This document shows positions 51,740-62,773 of a stretch of 64,000 nt of DNA, piece by piece (position 1 is the stretch's first letter; each line of letters starts with the position of its first letter). The stretch lies in the NCBI RefSeq assembly GCF_009834535.1, contig NC_045713.1:7626001-7690000 (forward strand). Direction: 5' to 3'. Below the pieces are notes generated by a model. That model saw nothing but the letters and a program-made list of their open reading frames with translations. It was not told the origin of the DNA and ran no database searches. Source of the stretch: Camelus ferus. Lineage: Eukaryota. The position numbers and the translations under genes are program-made.

Positions 51740-51890
51740 CAGTATCGCACATACACTGTGCACACTTATTCTGCCCGTTTTTCTCTCCCCCTGATTTTTG
51801 ACTATCTTGTTCACGTTTCTATCCCCAGGGCCTAAATGCTGGTCACACAGTAGGTGCTCAGTAAATATTTGATGACACAATTGTTCATGA
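51740..51890 (+). mobile_element. L2 3' terminal fragment
   Basis: tcttgttcacgtttctatccccagggcctaaatgctggtcacacagtaggtgctcagtaaatatttg. Confidence 0.65.
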
Positions 51891-54289
51891 CCATTAGTGC
51901 CCAGGAGGGTAAGCTGTTTTTAAAAATGTAAACCAAAAAAAAAAAAAAAAAAAAAAAAGCCATGCAGCATTTCCTGGGTGCTCCTCTCCCACCAGCTCTG
52001 AGCACTCTTGTGTTCTCTATGGGAACGCTCAGGGGTCACAGCACCACAGATGTGGAGGCTGAGGGTCAGCAGGGGGAAGCCACCTGCCCAGAGTCACACG
52101 GCTCCCAGGGACAGGGGGCGGTCACCAGGAACTCGGCTGCCTCCCCCACCAGACTGGCAGGCTTGCATCTGGTGGACGGACCCCAGGAAGGCTGCTCCTC
52201 AGCCCGGGGCCTGAGCCCTGCCTGCCTGGAAGCTGGTGTTCAGGCCGGGGTCACCCACACAGCTGCCAGGGGCCCTGGGGTCTTTCTCTGGTGGTCTCTA
52301 CCAAGGCCCCTCTGGGAGGAACAGCATGGGTCCAGGCCCAGGCTCCAGGGCCCGGCTGCAGTGTGGCCCATTCATTGTACAGCGGGGACTCCGGGACTCA
52401 CAACCCATCTGCCCCAGGTTGCACCACAGAACCCACCGGGCCTGGCTTCCTGCCCCCCAGCCAGCCATGTGGTGAGCCCTGTCCGGCCTGCCCACCTCCT
52501 GCTCAGCCCAGACGCAAACCACCTGCTTTAATTTACAGCAGGAAGTCCTGGACAGTTCCTAAAGCTGCCCGGTCATGTGCGCACACACATGCATGTCCAG
52601 GGCAGGGACTGCATCTGGTCCCCCGGGCCCAGAGCACGGCACCAAGTAGGGACCTCGGGCCACATCTGCCGAGAAGGAGAAAGCGGACACACGTACTCAC
52701 GTGCGGCCTTGTACACACACAAGCACACTATTTTTCCCAGCTGCACATGTGTGCTCGGCCTTGCACATACAGGCACACCACTCCCCCGGCAGCTGCCTCC
52801 CAGCCTCTCTCTCCTTACAAGGCCTCTTTGTGTAAAGCAGAGGCCCCGGAAATGGCACCTCAGCGCCCTGGGCCCAGGGCAGCAGGCCCGATGGGGCTTC
52901 CCCGAGCGCTTCCGGGACATCTGGGCTGGGCAGAGGGTCACCCATGTCCACAGATGACAAGACTCGGGACTGGCAGCACCAGGCCTGTCTATCCTGCTGT
53001 GCTGATCTGCCCACCCCCATCTCCCAAGGTCACCAAGGGTGGGGAGAGCATGCCAAGGCCAGAAGCCCACTTCCCAATGCCAGCCAGGTTCTTCTTGGCC
53101 CCTAGGCTCCAGGGTAGGCCAACCACCCCCACCCCGTCCTTCAGCCTAAGTAGCCCAGAAGGAAGGAGCCCTACAGTTGCCACCCAAAGGATCCCTGGAC
53201 CCTAGACTTGGCCAGGAGCAGAATCCAACTTCCCAACTCCAACTGTCACAGACTCGCTATGTGGCCAGGAATCTCTGCTCCTCACAGGGTCTTGGTGAAT
53301 AAGTGTTCAGATGTGTGGGCTGGGCTGTAAAAGCCCATCTAGTGATGTTCCTGAGTTCCAGGCTGTGAAGATGGAGAGGTTGGGTCTGCTGAGGACAGCA
53401 GCCCCACACTGGAGAGGGAAGAGTTGTTAAAGATGGCCACAGCACAGTGGGACAGGTAGGGAGGGAGGTTCAGACCACATCTATCAGCCAATCACACTTT
53501 AGTATAAATTCAGACAGAAGTACTCCCTAGTCTACTGACTGACCAACACCTTAAAGGGAGGAGGGGGGATGGGTGAAAGGAGTGGGAGAGAGGAAGATGT
53601 GTTTCCCCTTTTTTATAACTTTTTCATAACTTCTGCAAAGCAATTGAAACCAGCAGAGCCTCAGTTCTGACTTCCCACCCCCACAAGTTACAAATGAGGA
53701 AGTGGGAGCCCAGAGAGGGGTGTGGCTTCTGCAGCCACTGCAGCCTCAGGTTCTAAACTCCTGGCTCAGGGATCATTCCGTGGGACAGACTCAGGGAAGC
53801 AGCCTTCACACCAGGCCACCTTGTCACAGGAGCTATGACTTAATAATTCCCAGGACAACCTCCGCCCTACTAAAGGCAGGAAGGGTAGCTAGGGGTGCCC
53901 AACACTGCCAGCCAGCCACCCCGCTGAGTAAATTACAACCAGGGCTGCCCTGCCCAAGTGTGCCGACAGTGCAGTACCTACTCCCCCCACCCCCACCGTG
54001 CCGCCTTCCCACCAGCCTGGAGCCAGGATCTCTGTGCTCCCAGGAGCACTTCCCTTGTGGCCGGCACTGGGTGCTCAGGCTGAATAGACGGGGCATCACC
54101 CAGGGCTGGGGGTGCGAGGGCACAGAGAGCACGATGGCCGGGAGGGGCCTTGGGTTTCCAAAGTGGGGCATGGGTCTCCATGCAGGGGGTGCCATGCACC
54201 GGGGATGGGGATCAGAGAATCTCTTTTGTTCACAGAGGTATCCCCAGGGCCAATTAGAGTGCCTGGCACATAGTAGGCGCTCAGTGTTT

Positions 54290-54469
54290 CTTTTTTTTTT
54301 CTCTTAAAAATTTTTTTTTAATTTTATTTTTTTACTTATTTCTTTGGGAGGAGGTAATTAGGTCTTTTGATTTTTTTTAAATTATACTTTTTAATGGAGG
54401 TACTGGGGATCGAACCCAGGACCTCATGCATGCTAAGCATGCACCCTACCACTGAGCTATACACTCCCC
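54290..54469 (-). mobile_element. tRNA-Ala-derived SINE (vic-1-like) inserted into an L2 3' end
   Basis: Reverse complement of the same SINE with a long A-rich tail. It splits the L2 terminal motif gcctggcacatagtaggcgctca / ataaatatt...gaatgaatgaa. Confidence 0.88.
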
Positions 54470-55199
54470 AATAAATATTTCTTGAATGTGGTTGAATGAA
54501 TGAATCACATCCTTCTTTTTTTCCTTCACATTTTGGAGGTGGTCTATAAGGAATATAGCGAATTATTTCAGTGGCACATGTCAACTGTTTGTAAATATTT
54601 ATTGGGGAGTATATGCTCAAGTTTTTTCCTGATGGGGTTAATGAGCAGAAAAGCATGGAAATCTTCCATCTAAAGGGTCTTCTCTGAGGATTCAGGGGAA
54701 CTACAGCTCCCTTCCAAAGCAAAACAAGCCAGGCAAAGCTAAGGGTCTCAGGCCTGGTGTCCCTTCCTCACAGGCTGGCTTCAAATTCTAACTCTTTTTT
54801 ACTGGTTTGGTGCCCTCAACCAATGTTCCTCTCACATCTCTATCCAGAAAAGTCTGGGGCTGGACGAGGCATCGTCTGTACGTTCTTTCTTGCTTTCAGA
54901 GAAGCTCTGCCAGCCAAGCCTTCTTTGACTCCAGAGGTTTGGCTGTGTTTGAGGCTAAACCATGCAGGAGCTGCCTGGAGCGAGGATCTCTGCTCTATAG
55001 GCACTCAGGGAAGTCCCCACCCAGCTCAGGCGCCTGAGGGAGCTGCTAGCAAGCCATTTTGCACACGTGCTAAGCTGTTACTCAACTTCCTGTTGTGTGC
55101 GGAACAGCCCTTGTCACCCCAAACAGACCAGCCAACCCCTTCCCCCCAGCTCTGCTCCTGAGGCCTTACAAACCAGGCAAAGTCAAGTTAAGAAACTTG

Positions 55200-55640
55200 A
55201 GAAGACTCACAAGGCACCATAAAGCACCAGCTAAAATAATCCAAGCAAAACAAAACCCCAAAACATAAAACTCAGTGCTGGCAGGACTATGGAGAAATTC
55301 TCATTTGTTGCCAGTGTGCTCAGCCTTCCGGAAGAGATTTATCACATTGGTGATAACATTCAACCCAACCAACTGGGTGGGAACAAACAATAGAATAACA
55401 TGAACAGGAACTTAACAAATTGTTAACACTCTTTGGTGGCATAAACTCAATTTGTTGCTAATAAAGCAGCCGCCAACATTTTTTTTAAGAAAACATGTTC
55501 AAAATAACCCCCTTTATAATGATGACGGGGTAGAAAAATGCAGGTGACTACAAATATGTTAAGAGAAGTAGATCTCATCCCAACATGTTAACATCACTAT
55601 GTCGCTTACATACAAACAGCGCATGTAATTAATTCACTTA
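55200..55640 (+). mobile_element. Degenerate L1M fragment in ARPC1B intron 1
   Basis: A-rich, with cagtgctggcaggactatggagaaa...ctcatttgttgccagtg resembling the L1 ORF2 end. Highly diverged. Confidence 0.4.
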
Positions 55641-56075
55641 CTTGGCATCTATAAATGCTCAGAATTTGTCCAGGACTTTGACATACATTCTCTTTTACCT
55701 CCTAAAACAAGCCTAAGTAAGAAGTTTTCTGGTATTTGTTTTAACCTTTGTTTTGTACAGGAGGAAACAGACAAAAACCAAGCTTTGCTCAAAGTCACCC
55801 AGCTCCTAAACGGCACAGCCTGGGATTCTGACCCCAAATCTCAGAGGTTAGGTTCACCTGGACACTTTGATAAATGTTGGCAGGCCTTACAATAGCAGCA
55901 AGGCCGGTAACTGAACATTTATCGTGTGTGCGCCTGGCACATTGCCAAATGTCTTACACACATGATCACATCTAAGCCTAGCAACTTGAAAGTTTCCCAT
56001 TTTCCAGAGAAGCAAAGTTGAGGCCCCTAGATGCCTTGCTAAGGTCAGTGGCCAGTGAAGGAAAGAGCTGGCCCT

Positions 56076-56115
56076 CTTCCCAGCGTCTTGTCCCCCTTCC
56101 CAGCGTCTTGTCCCC
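56076..56115. repeat. Perfect 20-bp tandem duplication (cttcccagcgtcttgtcccc)x2
   Basis: Read directly from the sequence. Confidence 0.95.
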
Positions 56116-56199
56116 GAGACCTCACCGGCCTTGGGTTCTCTTAACCACTGGGTAGCACTGCCCGCCAGATTGGAGGAGCCTGGGAACAGCCTGGCATAA

Positions 56200-57480
56200 C
56201 CTCCGCGTCCGCACTAGGCTACCGCCCGAGGCTTCATGCCAGTTATTACTATATCACGGTCCCGGCCCTGCCCCGGCCCTGGCCGCTGTCCCCGCGCCGC
56301 CGGCGAGGGAGGGGCCGTTCGGATCACTCCGGTCCAGCGCCCGAGACCTCAGAGGGCGCGTCCCCAACCCCGGCCAACCCCTCCCAGGACCCGACCCCTC
56401 GGGTCTGGCTCCGGGGGCCAGAGGCGGGCTGGTGGAGGGGGCGGTGGCCGGGAGGGAGGGAGGGAGGGGCGAGGCGGGCGGGGGCGCCAGCTCATTTCCC
56501 GGCAGGAGCAACCCGGAAGGCTGGAGGATGGAGGGGAAGTGACCTGGGCGTGGGGCCCTCGCGGCCCTAAATAACGGGGGACACCGACGGCAGGGCAGAG
56601 TTGGGGGTGCGGAGGGAGAGGGTAGGCCGGGAGAAGAGGCAGGGGAGGGGGAGGCGGACGCGCAGGCCTGGGCGCCCCGAGGGCGCAGAGTGCGGGGATC
56701 GTCGTGCTTCCCTGGCCGGGAGGAGGGTGCCCGCACACGGTGCCCCGCGCGTCCGCTCACCTCCAGGCGAGCCCCTCGTGCCCTTTCTCATCCCCGAGTT
56801 CCCTTCGCCCCCACATCTCCTCGGGGGATCCCCACCGTGTTCTCCCCACCTGCACGCGCCTCCTCCCCGCGCCCTTTCTCATCCCCGCGCCCCTCCACCA
56901 CGACTCCCCACCTCACGGCCGCCCCCTGCGCCCCCTCACCTCGGGGCGCCGCGGCCGCGGACTCTGGGCAGTCGACGCGCCGAACCGGCTCTGGGCCGCG
57001 CGCTGCGCGGCCACTTCCTCGTGGGCGGGGGGCGGGGCCTCCCGGCTCAGCCCCGCGGTGACGGGGCGGGGCCTGGGCGTCCGGGAGTGCCCAGGTTCCG
57101 CCCACCCCCCGGGTTAGGGCTGCCGGACCCGGGGCATCCAGGCGCTCGCCCCTCGCCCCCTTGCGTACTGGGAAACTGAGGCTCGGATCGGGGCGCCCTG
57201 ACTGGGCTGGAACCAGAGCGGGGCAGCGCGCACGGCCGCCCACTACCGCGGGGACCCTCGGGCCCCAGCCTCGCGGGAACCACACCTTCGTTCGCGAGTT
57301 GATGCCCACTGGGCGCCAGAGTGCGGGTGTGGGCAGTAAGGCGTAGCCCCGGCAGCTGGCCCGCCACCGGTGTCCTCACTCCGAAACGGGCTCTGACCCC
57401 GGCTGGTCCAGCACCTTCTCGGTGCCAACTTCCTGCCCCTCTTTCCACCGCAGGCCGCTTCTCGCCTTTAAGTTACGCGG
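56200..57480. promoter_or_regulatory. ARPC1B: CpG island, ARPC1B promoter and proximal intron 1
   Basis: High CpG density, GGGCGG boxes, and ETS motifs near 56513-56519, 56531-56542 and 57013-57019. Confidence 0.85.
56940..57020 (-). other. ARPC1B: ARPC1B non-coding exon 1
   Basis: Minus strand reads gaggaagtggccgcgcagcgcgcggcccagagccggttcggcgcgtcgactgcccagagtccgcggcc...GAG|gtgagg, with the donor at 56939. It lies in a CpG island with GC boxes upstream and resembles my recollection of the human ARPC1B leader. Confidence 0.75.
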
Positions 57481-58399
57481 CGGCCTTGCAGCCGCCTGAA
57501 TCTGGGTCTTGGGCCAGGTGGTCCCGAGGGGTCTTTCCATCCCTGCCCCCTGCCCCATCCATGGAGATGTGGCCAGGTGGCCCGGCAGATGGAGGTGACC
57601 CTCTCATGCGTCAGGCCCCTTACCGCAGGATTCAGCTCATCTGGTCCGCCAGGCACTAAGTACATCAGCGGAGGAGTGTGGGGTCTTCACCAGTCTCAGG
57701 AGGTCCTGGAGCCAGGCACCCACGCTGTCAGGTTTCTGGGCTTTGACACATGCTGTTCTTTCTGCCTGGAACACCTGTCCCACCCTGTCCGCACCTGGCC
57801 AACTTTTTTACCCTGCAGGACATGAATGAGTGTCCCTGAGGTCACTTTGACCCCAACCCCCACCTCAACAGGATCTGTGCTCACCAGCCCCAGATCCTAT
57901 TACACAATTCCACCCCCCGGGATGGTTGGGAGGATTAAATGTGTCCAAGGGTGAGGAGCATTTTGAGGTGAGCACACAGTGTTCAGTAAACTTCAGCTTT
58001 GATTAGTAAGACCCCGAGCCTTGCTGGCTCTGAGGAGACACTGAGGGGCTGTTACCAACCCCCCCACCCTCGAGCCCCATCCAGCCTGGGCAGATCCAAG
58101 GGATGGCTTTAGTCAGGAAAAAGTTTCAGACGGCCTCTACTGGCAGCCTCCTTCCCATGGGGACAAGCACAGTTTGGTGACCCGTGTTCCTGGCTACTGT
58201 TTACCCTCCCCAGCTTTGTAGATGCCTAGGGAGTGACCCTGGGTGGGACTGATCCCCACCTCTGATGGTGGCCCCTGAGTGCTCTAACCCAGTCAGCTCA
58301 TGGTTCCCCCACCCCCCACCCTACCCCTACCCAGTCCTGGACTTGTGACCTAAGATGGTCTGGTCAGAGAAAGCCCAGGACTTCTGATGAAGATGGAGG

Positions 58400-58660
58400 G
58401 GAAAGCAGTGCCTTCTGGGTGACATGTGTGATTCCCAGTACGAAAGTGGAAGAGCCACAGGGAAGCCAGATGACACAGGGGAGTGTGACAGAGGGAAGCC
58501 CAGGAAACGACCAGAGCAGAGCCCTGGTCAGCCTCTGGCTGACGGCCTGAGCCCAACCTGCCTGCGGGGGTTTTGGATATGTGAGCCAAGGAATCTAATT
58601 TTTAAACTGGTTTGAGTTGTTTTTCTGTTACTTATCACAAAAGCATCCTAACAAGTATGC
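58400..58660 (+). mobile_element. MLT1-like LTR 3' fragment
   Basis: Ends with gttttggatatgtgagccaa...ctggtttgagttgtttttctgttacttatcacaaaagcatcctaac, typical of old MLT1 ends. Confidence 0.6.
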
Positions 58661-60204
58661 ACACCTGAGGACTCCCTTTTCCTCCTTGTGAAACTGAGCT
58701 GATTTGATGAAAAGAAGACTCAAGCTTAGTGCAAGCAGAAACCAAGTTTGCATTATTCAGCCTGGGGCCTAGAGCCATGCCTGGCTTGGAGGAGGAGCTC
58801 AGTATGTATCTGCTGAATGAAAGAAGAAGGAAGGAACACGTCAGGTGAGAAACCTGAGCCCAGCTCTGGCTCTGCCCGGTAACCTGGAGTGTAACTTCAG
58901 GCAGGTCACTCTCCTTGCAGCGCCTGGGTTCCTGCCTCTGTAGACTAACATTTCACAGGCCTGCAGTCATTGTGGGAAGACCCAATGGATGGGAAGCACA
59001 CTGCAGACTGGGAAGCCATGGGGGTGTTATTTGAAATGGCTCCCTTGGGGGACAATTTTCTAAGCCTTAAGTGGAATGAGTCCTTGGGTGGGGAGACCCT
59101 GGGGGTGGAGGAACTTCATCTGGAATTCTCCGAACAACTCAGGGAGCTGTTTCTTCCTGGCATGTACCTCCCCCGTGCAGCCCTGGGATGAAGATGCTAC
59201 ACTGTCCCTTCTTTTCTGCCTTCTCAGGATTCCCAGGAAGGCAGCCACATTCCCAGGCTGACTCTTCAGGGCTGACTGACTTGGGGAGGGCTGGCAGCTG
59301 GGGGCTGGTGCAGTGTCTCAGGACCCTTGAGGTCCTTTCTGGCTTTCTGCTCCTTCCTCCTCACTGCACTGGCCTTCCTGCCTCCTGGTCACAAGATGGC
59401 AGCCACGCTCCAGGCATAGGGACTTCAGAATGGGCAGGCGGGTCAAGGCAGTGGGACACTAGGGAGGAAAACCTTCCCCAGAGGTGCCCAGCATCATCTC
59501 CTGCTGTATCGGCCTGCGCCTGGCCCCAAATGGGGTCTCTCCCCGATATCAAAGACTTGCCACCCAATGCCTGTCACACCCACTTCCAAGGCACAGGACT
59601 CAACTGGGAAATTTGGTCTATGAGGAAACCCCACAGGCAGCGCCAGACGGGTCCCCTCCCCTTGGTACCAATGACATCCCCCTGCTCCTGGGCGCAGTGA
59701 CAGAACTGGGCTAGGCTTCTCCTCATCTTGCCCCCGCCCAGCAGAGAGTGGGTATCTCTGGGGCTCTGGGGAGACCACCCTGGGTCCAACGGAGGCTGTC
59801 ACTCCCTCTCTGGACTTGAGTCTTGTCATCTCCAAAATGCAGCAACAACTGTCCCAACCGCACAGGGTGGCTGTGAGGAGTTAGTGCCCACCCGCCGGCG
59901 CTTCCTGCCGGGTTGTCTCCCCACATCCTTCCTCAGCAACCCGTCTCAGGGGACAGGCTCCACCTTAGTGGCTTTCAGACTTTTTGATCACGACCCACAG
60001 CGCTCATGTTGTGTCCTCTCCACGCCCCCACGTGGATCTGACACAGAAGTGTCATAAAGTGGTACTTACTCCGCACACTGCAGAATGTGGTTTTCTCCCC
60101 AAGTGCCAGCGAGGATTTTACAACTGACGAAGGGGCTCTGGGCCTCAGTTTGAAAAACTCTGCTCTAGACCCTACTTCCTTCTGTTTTCGGAATTGATCC
60201 AGTG

Positions 60205-60750
60205 GAGTAGTTTCCTGTGGGAGCAACTTACCACAAACTGGGTGGCTTCAGATAACACAAGTGTCCTCCCTGATGGTCTGGAGGTCAGAAGTCCGCAGCT
60301 GGTCTCGGTGGGCTCAGCTGGTGGTGGCAGGGTGCTGTTCCTCGTGGAAGCTCCAGGGGAGAACCAGGTTCCTTTTTCCAGCTCTAAGAGGCGACCCGAG
60401 TTCCTGGGCCTCCTCACACTCTGACCTGTGTTCTATCATCACCTACCTGCCTCCCTCATGTAAGGACCCTGTGATGACACTGGGCCCACCTGGATAATCT
60501 AGGATACTCTCCCCAATCTCAAGATCCATTTTTTTTTTAAGGGGAGTAGGTAATAAGGTTTATTTATTATTTTAATGGACGCACTGAGGATTGAACCTAG
60601 AGCCTTGTATAAAGCCAACCACGTGCTCTGCCACTGAGCTCTGCCCTTCCCTCCAATCTCAAGATCTTGAACTTAATCCCACTGACAAAGTTCACAGGGT
60701 CTGGGGATTGGATATGAACATGTTTGTGGGGCCTGTGATCTACCTACCAC
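60205..60750. mobile_element. MLT1 (ERVL-MaLR) solo LTR, interrupted by the SINE
   Basis: Characteristic motifs accacaaactgggtggctt, ctggaggtcagaagtcc and aaggaccctgtgatgacactgggcccacctggataatc. Subfamily not resolved. Confidence 0.75.
60527..60652 (-). mobile_element. More diverged tRNA-Ala-derived SINE nested in an MLT1 LTR
   Basis: SINE body on the minus strand with an exact 14-bp target-site duplication ccaatctcaagatc at 60513-60526 and 60653-60666. Confidence 0.85.
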
Positions 60751-62404
60751 ACCTAGTACTTCAATTACACACACACAACTCCAACTACGTAGCTTTGTAA
60801 CAATTTAGACACTGATGTGCACTGTTCAGGGTGGCTTTAGTCCCTCAGCTCCATCGCAGGCACCTGAGGGTACGAGGCCGTCCCATCACTGCTTCATCAG
60901 GCACACATGAGAACGAAAACCCTTGTGTGACCGTTGGGCCAAGCTGTATGGTCGTGACTGAGCAATTAATCTGGGTTCTGAGACTCACCTGTTTTCTCAG
61001 CATAACATTCTGGGAAGAGCCTGCAGACTCCTTGGTACACCACTCCCACCCTGCCCCACTGTTACTAAGGGTCTCTGGGGCCGACTGCAGGGCATTGTCA
61101 AGCCTGAAAGCAAACCTTGGCTGAGTGACAGAATTTACTAACCCTCTATTACCCCCATTTTTTACAAGTGAAGAGACTGAGGCTCAGAGATGTTAACTAT
61201 ACTGCTCAAGATCACACAACTGGGCAGAATGTAACCTGACACCAAAACCTCCGATCCAAGGGCTTTGGCCAGCGTGTCCTGCAATAGTCAGGGGTCACCC
61301 AGAACCCTCCAAATTGGTGGTCACTGGACGGAGGCCTGGTCTGAGCCTCACAGGCAGGGCGGGGAGAGAAGGGCCCTCCCACGGTGAGACCGCAGCGCTG
61401 TGGTGCAGCACCGCAGGGCTTTGGCTGCCCGGATGGGGAGGGGCCAGCTTCCGTGGGTGTGAGTTGACCCAAGTTAAAAAAAGAAAAAAGATGACTCTGT
61501 GCCTAAGTTCTTGGAGGCCAAGTTAGTACATTGTTTCTTTCATGGAATACATTGTTTCTCTAAAATCCTCTGGGCTTACTCCCCAAACCATGTGACTTCA
61601 TGAAACTGCACAGAAATCTGCAGCTAATTCCTGTTTCTTGGCCTGCTTTTGTCTGTCCTGGCTCTGTGACCACCGCCTTGCCGATGCACTGGTACAAACA
61701 CATGTACACAGAAGAGCTCCTGCCACTGGGGGTCCAGAAAGGATGCTGTAGCAAACTGGGAAGAGGCCAGGGGTCAGCAAGAAGGTGAAGTTCCTCTTTT
61801 GAGAACACCATGATGTTCCCTGAGAAGCGCTGTTACACCTGAAACTAGAGCTGTGTCCGGACCCCTGCTCTCCCGGACCTGAGAGACCCAGAATAAGGCC
61901 ACCCTCCAGGCTGCTCTGTACTCACTTTCCTGGCAACTTACCTATATTTGCACCTCTCAAGAGTCTCTGCTTTGCAATGTCAAAGTTCATGTCCAATTAT
62001 GATGAAGATAACTTAGTTTGGGTCCAATAATCTTTAAACCAAAAAGGCTGTGCCTTTTCTCCCCCCGCACCCTCCCCTGCACATGTCCGCTGCGGGCGCC
62101 CACCTGCTGGGGCACTGGGCTGAGGCCTCCATCCGGGCCTGGCTGCCGGCGGAGGCGGCTTCTCTGCCGCCAGTACACAAGCTGGGACATGCACTGTCTC
62201 CACAGAAGGGCTGCAAGGCTAAAAGACAGCATTTGAGAAACGGTTCTTCTGGTTAAAGGCTGTAAAGAGGGCTCGATTTAAGAAACTAAGACTCTTAAGA
62301 TTCTACCCCCAAAACTGACTAACCCAACAAAGAATTCGCCCATATTTTCCTCCTAAAAATGCAAACAGTGTAAGGAGACAAAACCAAAAAACACATTCAG
62401 TATT

Positions 62405-62410
62405 TTTATT
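62405..62410 (-). terminator. ARPC1A: ARPC1A poly(A) signal AATAAA
   Basis: Plus-strand tttatt downstream of the ARPC1A stop, across the gap. Confidence 0.75.
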
Positions 62411-62458
62411 TTTTAGCAGACAATTTACATACCTCCCCCACCCCTTCCTTTAAGTTAG

Positions 62459-62603
62459 NNNNNNNNNNNNNNNNNNNNNNNNNNNNNNNNNNNNNNNNNN
62501 NNNNNNNNNNNNNNNNNNNNNNNNNNNNNNNNNNNNNNNNNNNNNNNNNNNNNNNNNNNNNNNNNNNNNNNNNNNNNNNNNNNNNNNNNNNNNNNNNNNN
62601 NNN
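62459..62603. other. Assembly gap (145 N) in the ARPC1A 3'UTR
   Basis: N run between the ARPC1A stop and its AATAAA. Confidence 0.97.
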
Positions 62604-62734
62604 CACACAATATTTGCGCCATCTGCGTCTTCAGTGTTTCTTGGCGGCCGGCTCTCCTCCCGTCATGCACTCGGTGGAGCTGCTCCTCACAGCCTGTCCG
62701 TCTGTCGTGCTGGGTCTGGGAGGCGTGCTCAGCT

Positions 62735-62773
62735 TCACATTATCCGGAGGCCCTGGATAGAAGACTCTAGGGT
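62735..62773 (-). CDS. ARPC1A: Actin-related protein 2/3 complex subunit 1A, last coding exon only
   Basis: Acceptor gcag| followed by TLESSIQGLRIM*, the ARPC1A C-terminus. It is 39 nt, the same size as the paralogous ARPC1B last exon, and lies in the tandem position upstream of ARPC1B. Confidence 0.92.
   Translation of the reverse strand, partial: TLESSIQGLRIM

Noticed and set aside
52291-53205. 304-aa ORF antisense in ARPC1B intron 1
   Set aside because: Pro/Ala/Gly-rich product of GC-rich DNA with no recognisable domain, and overlapping ORFs in other frames.
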